Positions 26,272-38,641 of a stretch of DNA of 64,000 bases are shown here, one piece after another; the stretch's first letter is position 1, and each line of letters begins with the position of its first letter. The notes beneath the pieces were generated by a model that was not told the DNA's origin, did no database searches, and was given only the letters and a program-made list of their open reading frames with translations. Where the stretch lies: positions 41,726,001-41,790,000 of the forward strand of contig NC_043002.1 of assembly GCF_006345805.1 (NCBI RefSeq), in the 5' to 3' direction. Source of the stretch: Octopus sinensis (taxonomy: Eukaryota). The translations under genes were made by a program, and so were the position numbers.

Positions 26272-27284
26272 ATACTAATGGGTTAATATATTGTACAGAC
26301 AGCCTTCAATATCAAGGCCCATCTGGAAGGCAATGAGTTGACAGAATCATTATTGTGTTGGGAAAAATGCTGAATGACATTTTTTCCAACTTTATGTTCT
26401 GAGTTCAAATGTTACCAGAGTTGACTTTACTTTTCATCATTTTGGGGTCAATAAAATAAGTACCAGTTGAACACTGAGATTGATGTAATCGACTTGCCTG
26501 CTCCCCCTAAAATTGCTGGCCTTGTACCAAAATTTGAAATGAGTATTAAGGTCCATCTTCTTATGGTACTTATCTAATCAGTCAATCTGAGCTAGTTACA
26601 ATTCAGTATCAGGGAGTGGCATATGTTACCATGGATTCTTCTTTGATATCCATTCTCTCAATTCAGCTACCTTTGATTCTCATCTGGTAAAAACATCATT
26701 TATAAGAAAAAGCTTCAATGTCATCACTCAATTTGCAAGAAATAGCTGCTAAATCTCCCTCACGTTACACCCTTGTGGGGTGTCCGGTCATAATACATGG
26801 TGTGCTTTACTTTATGTGGAATCTGATATTGATTATGATTATAGGTTTGTGGGTTATTAATCGTAAGTTTGTAAGTTGTTTGATCTTATGATTATAGGTT
26901 TCTAGGGTCTCTTATCAGAGAGTTTGTTTGTGTCTGATGATAAGGCTTATAAAGTGTCTAATCATAACATTGTCTATCTCTCCTACTCTTCTCTTCCTCA
27001 TTTTCCTATCTATAAATATGTATGTAAATGTGTGTGTGTAGGTGCACACACCAGAATGTATATTTGTATTTTATATGCATGTTTATGTACGTACATGTGT
27101 TTGTAATATTGGTTTCAAATTTAGGCACAAGGCCAGCAAGTCCAAGGGAGGTATAAATCGATTAGATTGACCCCAATGCTCAACTGGTACTTTATTTTAT
27201 TGACCCCCAAAAGAATAGAAGGTTGAATTTGAGCTCAGAAGGTGGAGACAGATGAAGCATTTTGCCTGGGATGCTAATTTTTCT

Positions 27285-27515
27285 TATTTTTTTTTATTGC
27301 CCACACGGGGCTAAACATCGAGGGGACAAACAAGGGCAGACAAAGGGATTGAGTCGATTACACCGACCCCATTGCATAACTGGCACTTAATTTATCGACC
27401 CCGAAAGAATGAAAGGCAAAGTCAACCTCGGCAGAATTTGAACTTAGAACGTAGCAGCAGACGAAATACCGCAAAGCATTTCACCTGGGGTGCTAATGTT
27501 TCTGCCAGCTCATCA
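27285..27515 (-). mobile_element. Monomeric Meta-domain-like SINE with ..GTGGGCAATAAA tail
   Basis: Reverse complement of the units at 48504-48907. Confidence 0.85.
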
Positions 27516-28234
27516 ACCCTGTATGTGTTTGTAATATTACCACATTACCACACTGGACAAAATACTTTGTGGCATTTCATCTATCTGAACATTCTGAGTT
27601 CAAATTCCACTGGGATCGACTTTGCCTTATATCCTTTTGAGGTTAATAAAATAAGTACCAGTTAAGCACTGGAATCACTGTAATCAACCAGCCCCCTCCT
27701 CCAAAATTTCAGACCTCATGCCTGTAATAAAAAGGAATATTATATGTTACACTCACACACATTATAATGTCAGTTTGGTACAGTCATTAACTTACAAACT
27801 TCTGTATATTTTTGCAATTATCTCTCATTCTTTTATTCTTGCTCAATATGCTTTAAGCTACTAAACAAGTATTCTTTATGTTTCAAATTTTTAATTTTCA
27901 TTCTCAATGCAAACTCTCCCACTGAGATTCATGAAGTGCCTCCAACCTTGCAGAGGTTTCACCATTTGTTTTCTTAAAGCCTTGAGAATATATCATTACT
28001 AATTCTGAAATAAGTTCCAGTCTCAAGGAAATGAAATGAAAAGTTTGGCATTTTCCTGTTATGAGTGTGGTGGTGGGGTGACTGAAGAAAAAGACAAATC
28101 AAAGAGTAAAATTTCATTATTTCTATGGTTTTTAATTAACTTCCATTTGTTATTAATTTCAACTCTGACTTGAAACCCCCAACAGCTTTTATTATTGCAT
28201 GAGGTGTTTCACAATTATACACTTAGGTTCTTTT

Positions 28235-28301
<67 letters not shown>

Positions 28302-28429
28302 CAAAGGTCAGACACAGTGCTTTGTGACGTTTCTTCTGGCTCTTGACATTCTGAGTTCAAATTTTGCTGAGGTTAACTTCGTCTTTTGTCCTTTTAGAGG
28401 TTGGTAAAATAAGTACCAGCTGAGCTGGT

Positions 28430-28640
28430 AGGTGCTGGTGCCATGTAAAAATCACTGGTGATGCTGTCACATAAAAAGCACTGGTGATGGAGCTACATAA
28501 ACAGCACTGGTGATGGTGATGCATAAAAAGCACTGGTGATGGTGCCATGTAAAATGCACTATTGAGGGTGTCATGTAAAAAGCACCCAGTACACTTTGAG
28601 GAGTGGTTGGCATTAGGAAGGGCATCCAGCTTTAGAAACT
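28430..28640 (+). mobile_element. RTE 3'-end copy with about six 26-bp units
   Basis: CATAAAAAGCACTGGTGATGGTG repeats followed by GGCATTAGGAAGGGCATCCAGC. Confidence 0.8.
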
Positions 28641-29144
28641 GCTCATTGTGCCCATATGTTAAGATGAAATTGGCTGTATGGTAAGAAGTTTGCTTTCCAG
28701 CTACATTGCTCTAGGTTCAGTGTGGCAAAAGAGACTGATAGAATATGTACCAATAATTTAAAAAGTAAGTTCTGGGATCAGTTTGTTTGACTAAGCCCTT
28801 CAAGATGATATTCTAGCATGGCTATAGTTCAGTGATTGAAACAAGTAAAAAAATAAAGATGAAGTTGACCTCAGCAGGATTTGAACTCAGAGCATAGATG
28901 GTCAGAACATGTAACATTAGATATTTTATCCAATACTCTAATGACTCTACCAAGTTGCTATTTATTTAACTCTATTGACATCAGCCTGCTGATGACCACC
29001 CCTGGCTTAATGATATGGACTCCTTGTTTCTAATTTTCAGCATTTAAACCAGCTATATCTGGCCCAAATATTCTGTTTTATGTTCAAACTGGCTTAATCC
29101 AGCCTCTTACACCTGCCCTACTAAGCCATTCTAAAATTAAATAA

Positions 29145-29540
29145 GCACAGGAGTGGCTGTGTAGTAAGTAGTTTGCTTACCAACTACATGGTTCCGGGTT
29201 CAGTCAAGCTGCGTGGCACCTTAGGCATGTGTCTTCTACTATAGCCTCGGGTCGACCAAAGCCTTGTGAGTGGATTTGGGAGATGGAAACTGAAAGAAGC
29301 CCATCATATATATGTATATATATATATATGTGTGTGTCTGTGTTTGACCCCCCCAACATTGCTTGACAACTGATGCTGGTGTGTTTATATCCCCGTAACT
29401 TAGCGGTTTGGAAAAAGAAGCCAATAGAATAAGTACTAGGCTTACAAAGAATAAATCCTAGGGCTGATTTGCTCGATTAAAGGTGGTGCTCCAGAATGGC
29501 CGCAGTCACATGACTGAAACAAGTAAAAGAGTAAAAGAGT
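29145..29540 (+). mobile_element. Full-length OR-type SINE
   Basis: Head to GTAAAAGAGTAAAAGAG tail. Confidence 0.9.
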
Positions 29541-31784
29541 GCATCAGCAAAATCTTCAAGCTACGAACTAATGCATGATTAATTCAAAACACTGGGAATA
29601 AACAAACATTACATACGACAGAGTAATCTAAATGCTAAAAGGTTAAAGTGGTCTAAATTAAAATTTTCCATCAAAATTTCATGTTAACTATTGCTTTAAA
29701 CACTGACTTAATAATAACAAAATTATTCCACTAAATTCTTCATTATTTTGAAAATTAATTGAAGCAAAATCAACCACTTCAACAGAAATATGGTAACAAA
29801 AGGCCCTAATGTTAACGACTGAAATAAACTAGTTAATCAGATTTTGTTTCATTCAAATACTGCAGATTTAGTCACGAATAAATTCTGTTGCAACATTAAA
29901 CTGATTAACTTCATTATCTTTTACTTGTTTCGGTCATTGGACTGTGGCCTTGCTGGAGCACTACCTCAAAGGGTTTAGTCAAACAAATTTTTTTGCCTAT
30001 TGTTTGTTCTATCAGTCTCTTTTTACCAAACTGCTATGTTAACAGGATGTAAACAAACCAAGTCTGGTTGTCCAGCAATGATGGAGGACAAACACAAAGA
30101 CACACACACATGCACACATATGTGTATATATGATGGGCTTCTTTCAATTTCTGTCTACCAAATCCACTCAGAAGGTTTTTGGTCAGCTTGCAGCTGTAGT
30201 AGAAGGCACTTACCCAAGGTGCCACACAGTGGGACTGAATCCAGGACCATATGGGTGGGAAGTAAACTTCCTACTACACAGCCAAAACTTAGATATATAG
30301 GTAAAATTTTTATATTCTATTTATTTATTTATTTATTTGTAAGGAATTAATCAAAGGAAGAAAGACTATGCTCTCATGACCTTTTGCAAGGCCTCTAAGA
30401 CTAGTGGGAATAAAAGAGGAACTTATATACTGGCAAACCTGGTACAAGTGTTTTACAGCAGAATGGATTCTGTTAAAGGTACCCAAGGGTCTGGTGATAA
30501 TGTCAAACAAGGTGATATATTTAAACTACCCCCTTAAAAAAGAAGATAAAAACTCTGGAAAGTGATTCTTTTTGCAGGCCCCTATAAATCTATCAAAGTT
30601 GACTCACAACATTTTAGTGAACTCCAGGATATAGTGAAAAAGCATAGGTCTAAAATACTCTGTTGTGGGATTGAACCAGAAACCATCTAGTTGTAAAGTA
30701 AACTTCTTAATCACACGACCACTCATGCACTGAGCTTGTACTTTAGCTACTAATGATTACCAGATTTAGATTCAACATTTATGAAATAGAAAAAAACAAA
30801 AATGAACAGAAATTAAAAGGGAAGAAAAAATTATGAAATATATCTGTCTTTAAGTTTATTAAGGTATTTCACAAGACAATTAATTAGTTTAAGATATATT
30901 TTAATTATATGGCTGTGAAAAAAAAACAAAAAAAAAAATTTGAATTTTTATCTATTTCCTCATTTATTTTTGTTACTTTCTGCCTGTAAATAGAAGAGAT
31001 TTCTTGAAATAGATCTTCGGAAAGAAATACTTTGCTTATTAAAATTCAAAACAGGTATGTTTCAGTTACTAAATGAATGTATGTTGGTGTATAATGTAAG
31101 AAAATGAAAGAAACAAAAACCTGTTAGTAAACAGATGTTGATGAAGATATATGCTAATTGGTTCTAACTAATTTTCTGTTAGCATTGTGTTATTTTATTT
31201 CGTTTTGATGATGGTATACACAGATATAGAACTCTTCTTAAAGTGGAAACATACAGAAATTGGTTGAGATGGTGGTGGTGGTGCTGATTATTATTATTAT
31301 TATTATTATTATTACTTTAAATTACTTTAGTAATGTCTATATATGATTGATGCTAGTTTGTATTGTAATGAGGGTAGCAGATGTCTGTGATAGTAACTGA
31401 GCTGACAGTTTGTATCCTATCATTTGCATCATACTCAGACCATCATTAGGTTGTGAATGATTCAGCTTAACTAGTTGTAAATAGGTTGCATGAGTAAGTA
31501 CAGCTAACCACTTCAAGCTGTAAGAACACTTTATCTTTTGTTTTTTGTTTTCATTTCTCACCCCACCACCTCTTCTTTGTTTTCAAATTTGCCATTATTC
31601 TCATTGATTTCTCTGTTTCAGTGTTGTTCCCTTGTTACCACCCTTCCTTCTCTTTTTTTTTTATTCAGTGTGAGTTTTATTTGGTGTGATCAGGTCATAC
31701 CTGAACAACTAAACCTATGATCAAAAGTATTCCAGCCATGATCCCCCGCTGTCTTTTTTGGAGTATCAAGGACAGTTACAATAT

Positions 31785-32013
31785 TTAACCCTTTCATTAC
31801 TGTATTTATTTTGAGATGCTCTGTTTTTCTTTCAATTACTTTAAATATAACAAAGAATTTAGTAAAATAACTTAGTTATCATTCAGCCAGTGTTAGGAAC
31901 ATAAATTTTGACTAAGGTTTGGTGGAAGATTTTCATTCAAAACTGATGAAAACAAGATATTTATACTACAGAGCCAGAGCTGGTTTCAGCTGGGTTGGTA
32001 ACGAAAGGGTTAA
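31785..32013. mobile_element. piggyBac-like MITE (family 2), opposite orientation to 26044-26271
   Basis: TTAA-CCCTTTCATTAC ... GTAACGAAAGGG-TTAA. Confidence 0.8.
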
Positions 32014-32465
32014 TGTATTCTTTATTTAAGATAGAGGGTGTGATTCAAGGGAGATTTGACTGCTACATATGGAGGCTCCACCATCTTCTGTTGTATGACA
32101 TTAGATCCAGAATTTTCAACATTTTTAGTTGTTATCAAATCCTATGACAATCATTGTTACTCAGATATGGAACCAAGTTACTTGCATAGATAAAATCTGT
32201 TTGATCTACGAAACCATAATTATTTGATTGTTCTAAACTTTAATTAACACTGATCATTTAACCAGTCAAAATTCATAACTTAGGAGACATTCTAGGTTCA
32301 CAACAAGGGATCTAATCTTCAGCTTCTATCTTTCTTGATCTGCAACCAGCTCAAGTTTTCTCATCTTTCTCTTTGACATCTATCCATTCCTTGATGTAGC
32401 TAATCCGTCCACTTAATGGTCTTTCTATACCTCTTTTGCTGAAAGATGGCAGGAAGGTTGTCTTT

Positions 32466-35400
32466 ATCATCATCATCATCATCGTCGTTTAACGTCCGTT
32501 CTCCATGCTAGCATGGGTTGGACGGTTCGACCGGGGTTCTGGGAAGCCAGAAGGCTGCACCAGGCTCCAGTCTAATTTGGCAATGTTTCTACAGCTGGAT
32601 GCCCTTCCTAACGCCAACCACTCCGTGAGTGTAGTGGGTGCTTTTACATGCCACCTGCACAGGTGCCAGGCGGGGCTGGCAACGGCCACGGTCAGATTGG
32701 TGTATTTTTTGTGCCACCGGCACGAAGCCAGTCGAGGCGGTGCTGGCATCGGCCACGAGTCGATAGTGCTGCTTTTTACGTACCACCAGACCAGGGATCC
32801 TGGCTGGTTCAATTCGATTTCGATTTCGCTTGCCCCAACATGTCTTCACAAGCAAAGGGGGTTGGCTTGGGTGCCTGTCGTACGGTCGCATTGGAGTATT
32901 TTACGTGCCACGGCCCCGAGTCGGATAGTGCTTTTTACGTACCACCAGGCCAGGGATCCTGGCTGGTTCAATTCGGTTTCGATTTCGCTTGCCCCAACAT
33001 GTCTTCGCAGGCATGGGGAGTTGGGATGGTGTCTGTCGTCGGATGAGGTTCTATATCGACTTCGCTTGCCTCAACCGGTCTTTGTGTCCAAGGGAGGAAA
33101 GGCATTCATAAGTGGGCTGGGCTCACTTGTCCTGCCTGGTCTTCTCACGTACAGAATATTTCCAAAGGTCTCGGTCTCTGGTCATTTCCTCAGTGAGGCC
33201 TAAAGTTCGAAGGTCGTGCTTCACCACCTCGTCCCAGGTTTTCCTGGGTCTACCTCTTCCACGGGTTCCCTCACTGCTAGGGATTGGCACTTTCTCACAC
33301 ACCTATCTTCATCCATTCTCGCCACATGACCATACCAGCGCAATCGTCTCTCTTGCACACCACAACTGATGCTTCTTAGGTACAACATTTCTCTCAAGGT
33401 GCTAACGCTCTGTCGAGTATGTACACTGACATTACACATCCATCGGAGCATACTGGCTTCATTCCTCATGAGCTTACGCATGTCCTCAGCAGTCACAGCC
33501 CATGTTTCGCTGCCATGTAGCATGGCTGTTCGTACACACGCATCATACAGTCTGCCTTTTACTCTGAGCGAGAGGCCTTTAGTCACCAGCAGAGGTAAGA
33601 GCTCCCTAAACTTTGCCCAGGCTATTCTTATTCTAGCAGTTACACTTTCAGCGCACCTACCCCCACTACTGACTTGGTCACCTAGATAACGGAAGCTATC
33701 AACTACTTCTAGTTTTTCCCCCTGGAAAGTGACGGAAGTTGTTTTCTGCAGATTTTCGGAGGTTAATGCTCCGAGCATCTGCCACATACAAAACTATCTT
33801 CCCAGTTAGCCTACCTTTGACATTGCTGCACCTCTTATGTGTCCATAGCTTACACTGGGTACATCTTATAGAGTTTCTACCTACACCTTTCTACAGATCG
33901 AGCAGGGCCATCTTCCTGAAGATATTTGTGGATTGTCTACCTTTCTACTTATTAGTACTTTGGTTTTAGCTAGGTTGACTCTAAGGCCCCTTGATTCTAA
34001 ACCCTCCTTCCACACCTGGAACTTCTCCTCCAGTTCTGATAGTGACTCAGCAATAAGAGCAAGGTCGTCAGCGTAGAGGAGCTCCCAGGGACAGCCTGTC
34101 TTGAATTCCTCCGTAATTGCCTGGAGTACTATGATAAATAGGAGGGGGCTGAGTACTGAACCCTGGTGGACCCCAACCTCTACTTTGAATTCTTCTGTGT
34201 ACATGTTGCCAACCCTAACCTTACTTACGGCATCTCTGTACATGGTTTGCACAGTCCTCACCAGCCATTCATCTATCCCTAGTTTCCTCATTGACCACCA
34301 GATAAGGGATCGGGGGACCCTATCAAAAGCTTTCTCCATGTCAACGAAAGCCAGGTACAGGGGCTTATCTTTGGCTAGGTATTTCTCCTGCAGCTGCCTT
34401 ACCAGGAATATAGCATCAGTGGTACTTTTTCCTGGCACGAACCCAAACTGCATCTCATCTAAACTAACTCTCTCTCTAATTAGTTGGGCTATGACCCTCT
34501 CCGTAACCTTCATTACTTGATCCAACAGCTTGATACCTCTGTAATTATTTGTATCTAGGGCATCACCTTTACCTTTAGCAGTGTGACTAGTATGCTGCTG
34601 CACCAGTCATTGGGTATGACTCCTTCGTGTATCACCTGGTTGACTATACGGGTGACTAGGTTATAGCCAACACTGCCAGATATTTTGAGCATCTCTGCAG
34701 TAATTCCTGATGGGCCTGGGGCTTTCCCTGTCTTCATGCTTCTAATTGCCTTAGCTACCACGGAACTATCAACTCGGATAGCTGGTCCCTCTGTAGGGTC
34801 AACATTCGGCAGACTCTCTTTATCCCATTCATTTTCCTCATTCAGTAACCTTTCATAGTGGCGTCTCCAAGCTTCTCTCTTTGCATCCTCATTTAGCGCA
34901 AGTGAACCATCCTCCATGCGAACACATTTCTCTCCTACCACATCACGATTCTCTCTCACACACTGTCTTGCAACACGAAATACCTCAAGTCTTTCATCCT
35001 CACGGCGCAGGACATTGGCAAATTTTCTCTTATCTGCTTCCCCTCTGGCTAGATAGACCTGTCTCCTAGCTTCCCTTCTGGCAGTCTGATACCCTTCCCT
35101 GCTACCACCGTTCTTCCAGGCCTTCCAAGCCTGTTTCTTTGTCTAATAGCCCTGTCAACAATATTGTTCCACCACCACGTTATTTTGGGTCTTAAGGGGA
35201 CTTGGCACCAGCCACAGATCTGGTCAGCGGCTTTCAGCAGGTTGTCCTTCAGAAACGTCCAGTTGTCTTCTACCCCATGTGTAGCTATACCCCCTTCCAC
35301 TTCGTCAAAGGCTTCAAGTAACATATCTCTAATCTCTGTCCATTCGCAGGGGCTTTAAGCTTCCAGACCCTTCTTCTCCATGTTGGTCGTCTTCTAGTCG

Positions 35401-36204
35401 CCCTCTTAGTCCTGATCCTAAAGTCACTAACTACCAGTCTATGTTGTGGGGTGCATTCTTCGCCTGGGAAGGTTTTGCATTTTTAAGCAGCCATCTTTCC
35501 CTTTTTCTGGCAAGGATGTAGTCGATTTGGCTAGTATGCCGGCCCGATCGGTAGGTGACCAGGTGGCTTGTTGGTTTCCTGAAGTTAGTGTTGCAGACCA
35601 TAAGACTATTCGCATCGCAGAACTCCAGCAGCCTGGTTCCCTCCTCGTTGCGGGAACCATAACCGTAGCCTCCATGTACGCCATGGAAGCCCCCAGCATG
35701 TCGTCCAACATGCCCATTGAAATCACCAGCCACAAAGAGAAGGTCCCTGTCGTTCGTCGATGAGGTGGTCTGCAGTAGGGTGTCATAGAAACTGTCTTTC
35801 TGTCCATCGGGTAGCCCTGGCTGAGGGGCATAGGCCGATATAATGGTTGCTAATCTATTATGAAGCACTATTCTAATCTTAAGTATTCTGTCACTTACTC
35901 TGATTACCTCAATTACTCTATCTATCCATTTCTCAGCGATATTATACCCACGCCACCAACCCCGTCAGTGTTCCCTGCCCAGAAAATCTTGTACCTGTGT
36001 CCCTTGCCTGTGAGGACCCTAGCAGATCCTCCTCTCCACCTTATTTCTTGCATACAACATACATCAACACGTCTCCGTTCAAGCATCTCGACTATCTCGC
36101 CAGACCTACCTTTCAATGTGCCAACGTTGAGGGTGCCTACCCTGAGGGTGTGGGAGGTGTGGGCCTCTGAGACCCTGGGATGAGGGGGCCGCAGTGTTCT
36201 GTAC
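32466..36204 (-). mobile_element. Near-full-length RTE-clade non-LTR retrotransposon
   Basis: Single APE+RT ORF, about 640-bp 3' UTR, (GAT)n tail at 32466-32483. Confidence 0.95.
33123..36204 (-). pseudogene. RTE ORF (AP endonuclease, reverse transcriptase, embedded PHD-like finger), about 1,030 codons, broken by about nine frameshifts as written
   Basis: APE motifs TLNVGTL, CMQE, SAYAP, GDFN, IDYIL, QHRLV; RT motifs NYRGIKLL, QFGF, FVDMEKAFDRV, GVHQGSVLSP, LYADD, FRYLG; C-terminus RRLRWYGHV..GRGRPRKTW; stop at 33123-33125. Confidence 0.9.
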
Positions 36205-36330
36205 CTGAAAAGAAAGCTTGCATTTGCCAGATATCATACTGAGACTCTAGACTACAACCTGCATAAATTTCAAAGTTTTTGCGCTATATGATCACAATAA
36301 ACCCTACATAGGGGTGCGGGGGGGGGTCAA

Positions 36331-36448
36331 GAAAGATAGAAAACAGGAACTTCCGGTTCTGGTAGAGGGGTGGGAGGGCGGGGTCACCTGAAAGATAGAA
36401 AACAGAAACTTCCGGTTCTGGTAGACGGGTGGGAGGGCGGGGTCACCT
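36331..36448. promoter_or_regulatory. 59-bp tandem duplication, each unit with an ETS site and a GC-box/G-quadruplex motif
   Basis: ACTTCCGG at 36349 and 36408; GGG(G)TGGGAGGGCGGGG at 36367-36383 and 36427-36442. Confidence 0.5.
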
Positions 36449-36453
36449 CCAAG

Positions 36454-37615
36454 GAACAACAGGTTTTAAGTTAATACGTAGGGAATTTTCTGCGACAGAA
36501 ATTACTGAACATCTAGAAACTTCGGGGTTCGATTAAAACATAATATAAATAGGAGAGAGGGAGAATATTGTAGTGAATTCTGGGGATGGAATAACAACGG
36601 GATGACACTGAAATTAAAGGAGGAATTTAAAATGCATGACAGACAGGAAGCCATGCATACAAGATGGCGAAACAAATAATAGAGAAACGGGATTTAGGGT
36701 TACGAATCAACGCTTAAAAAATGAATATGAATGACAGGTTGTAAGTTAAATTCGCTTAGCTGGTCATTTTTCGAGTCAGTGTTTTGTCAGCAAGATGTAG
36801 AATCGAGAAAAGGGACGAGATAAATCGAACACTGCTTTATAAAGAGTTAGGGATTGGGGGGGGGGGATTATCAGGTGGAAGCATGAGGAAAGAGAGAGGG
36901 GGGAAGGAAGAGAGAGAGAGAGAGCTAAGGGACAACATGTTTAATTCGTAAGGAATTTTCTGCAACAGAAATTACTGAACATCTAGAAACTTCGGGGTTC
37001 GAGAAGAATGTAATATAAATAAGAGAGAGAGAAAATATTTCGTAGGGAATTTAGGGTATCTTTGAACAACAGGTTTTAAGTTAATACGTAGGGAATTTTC
37101 TGCGACAGAAATTACTGAACATCTAGAAACTTCGGGGTTCGAGAAGAATGTAATATAAATAAGAGAGAGAGAAAATATTTCGTAGGGAATTTAGGGTATC
37201 TTTGAACAACAGGTTTTAAGTTAATACGTAGGGATTTTCTGCGACAGAAATTACTGAACATCTAGAAACTTCGGGGTTCGAGAAGAATGTAATATAAATA
37301 AGAGAGAGAGAAAATATTTCGTAGGGAATTTAGGGTATCTTTGAACAACAGGTTTTAAGTTAATACGTAGGGAATTTTCTGCGACAGAAATTACTGAACA
37401 TCTAGAAACTTCGGGGTTCGATTAAAACATAATATAAATAGGAGAGAGGGAGAATATTGTAGTGAATTCTGGGGATGGAATAACAACGGGATGACACTGA
37501 AATTAAAGGAGGAATTTAAAATGCATGACAGACAGGAAGCCATGCATACAAGATGGCGAAACAAATATAGAGAAACGGGATTTAGGGTTACGAATCAACG
37601 CTTAAAAAATGAATG
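36454..37615. repeat. Modular tandem block: about 140-bp monomers plus a duplicated 270-bp segment
   Basis: Monomer starts at 37064, 37204, 37343 (period 140/139), partial copies at 36454 and about 36930; 36454-36725 is nearly identical to 37343-37615. Confidence 0.9.
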
Positions 37616-38184
37616 ACCATATTCATTAATAGTAAGGTATCATGTTGCATGATTAAACCATTTCATTTCCCTGCTCTCCTTAATATCAGCTATCTTGAAA
37701 CCAAGTCTGTTAACTGTGATGAAATTTAAATTAAAATTTTGGACTGAAATATCATTCTTTACCTGGAAGACTGAAAATTTATCTTTTTTTTTTAAAATTA
37801 AAATTAATCATATCAGTAAATTAGCTATATCATAATTAATTCTTGATGATTTAGAAAATTAAAACACAAAAGCAGAATGTATAGTTAGAAATATAGTGAT
37901 AAAATATTTAGATTTAACGATTAAGGTAACTGAAGAAAGATTGTAAGGTGTGTGTGTGTGTTTTTCTTGTTTTTTTGTGTGTTTTTTTCTGATATAGGCT
38001 TTTTGGATTTGAAATAAAATCCATACAACAACTTTTTTAAGTGTTTCTATTCTTATTCTTTTTATTTAAGAAATACTCCCCATTTTGTTTTGGTGTATTT
38101 TATTTTAATGAAAGGAAACCTTTTTTTTTATTTTAATGAAAGGAAATCTTTTAATTCTAAGGAAAAACAAAAGAACAAAAATAA

Positions 38185-38219
<35 letters not shown>

Positions 38220-38220
38220 G

Positions 38221-38520
38221 AAGGCACATGGTTTAGTGGTTAGGGCATTCAGCTCATGATTGCAAGGTTGTGTGTTCTGTCCTTGAACAATACACTTTAC
38301 TTCATGTTGCTCCAGTCTACTCAGCTAGCAAAAATAAGTAGTACCTATATTTCAAAGGGCCAGCCTTGTCACACTCTGTATCATGCTGAATCTCCCTGGG
38401 AACTACTTTAAATGTACACGTGTCCGTGGAATGCTCAACCACATGCACACTAATTTCATGATCCAGCTGTTCCGTTGATTTGATCAACCGGAACCCTCGT
38501 CATCATAACCAACAGAGTGC
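38221..38520 (+). mobile_element. tRNA-derived SINE, fourth family (second copy at 53205-53523)
   Basis: GGTTTAGTGGTTAG head, GTTGCTCCAGTCTACTCAGCT core, CAAAGGGCCAGCCTTGTCACA body shared by both copies. Confidence 0.8.
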
Positions 38521-38586
38521 CATATATAAGGCTTCGAATGACTTGTCCGTTTTCTGTGTTCGTCCCTTCGTGTATTTCACGTTCTT

Positions 38587-38641
<55 letters not shown>

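Noticed and set aside
36454-37615. LTR/TRIM interpretation of the 270-bp direct repeats
   Set aside because: No TG..CA ends, primer-binding site or TSD
32440-37640. Target-site duplication around the LINE
   Set aside because: No duplicated flank found by eye, so the true 5' boundary is undefined
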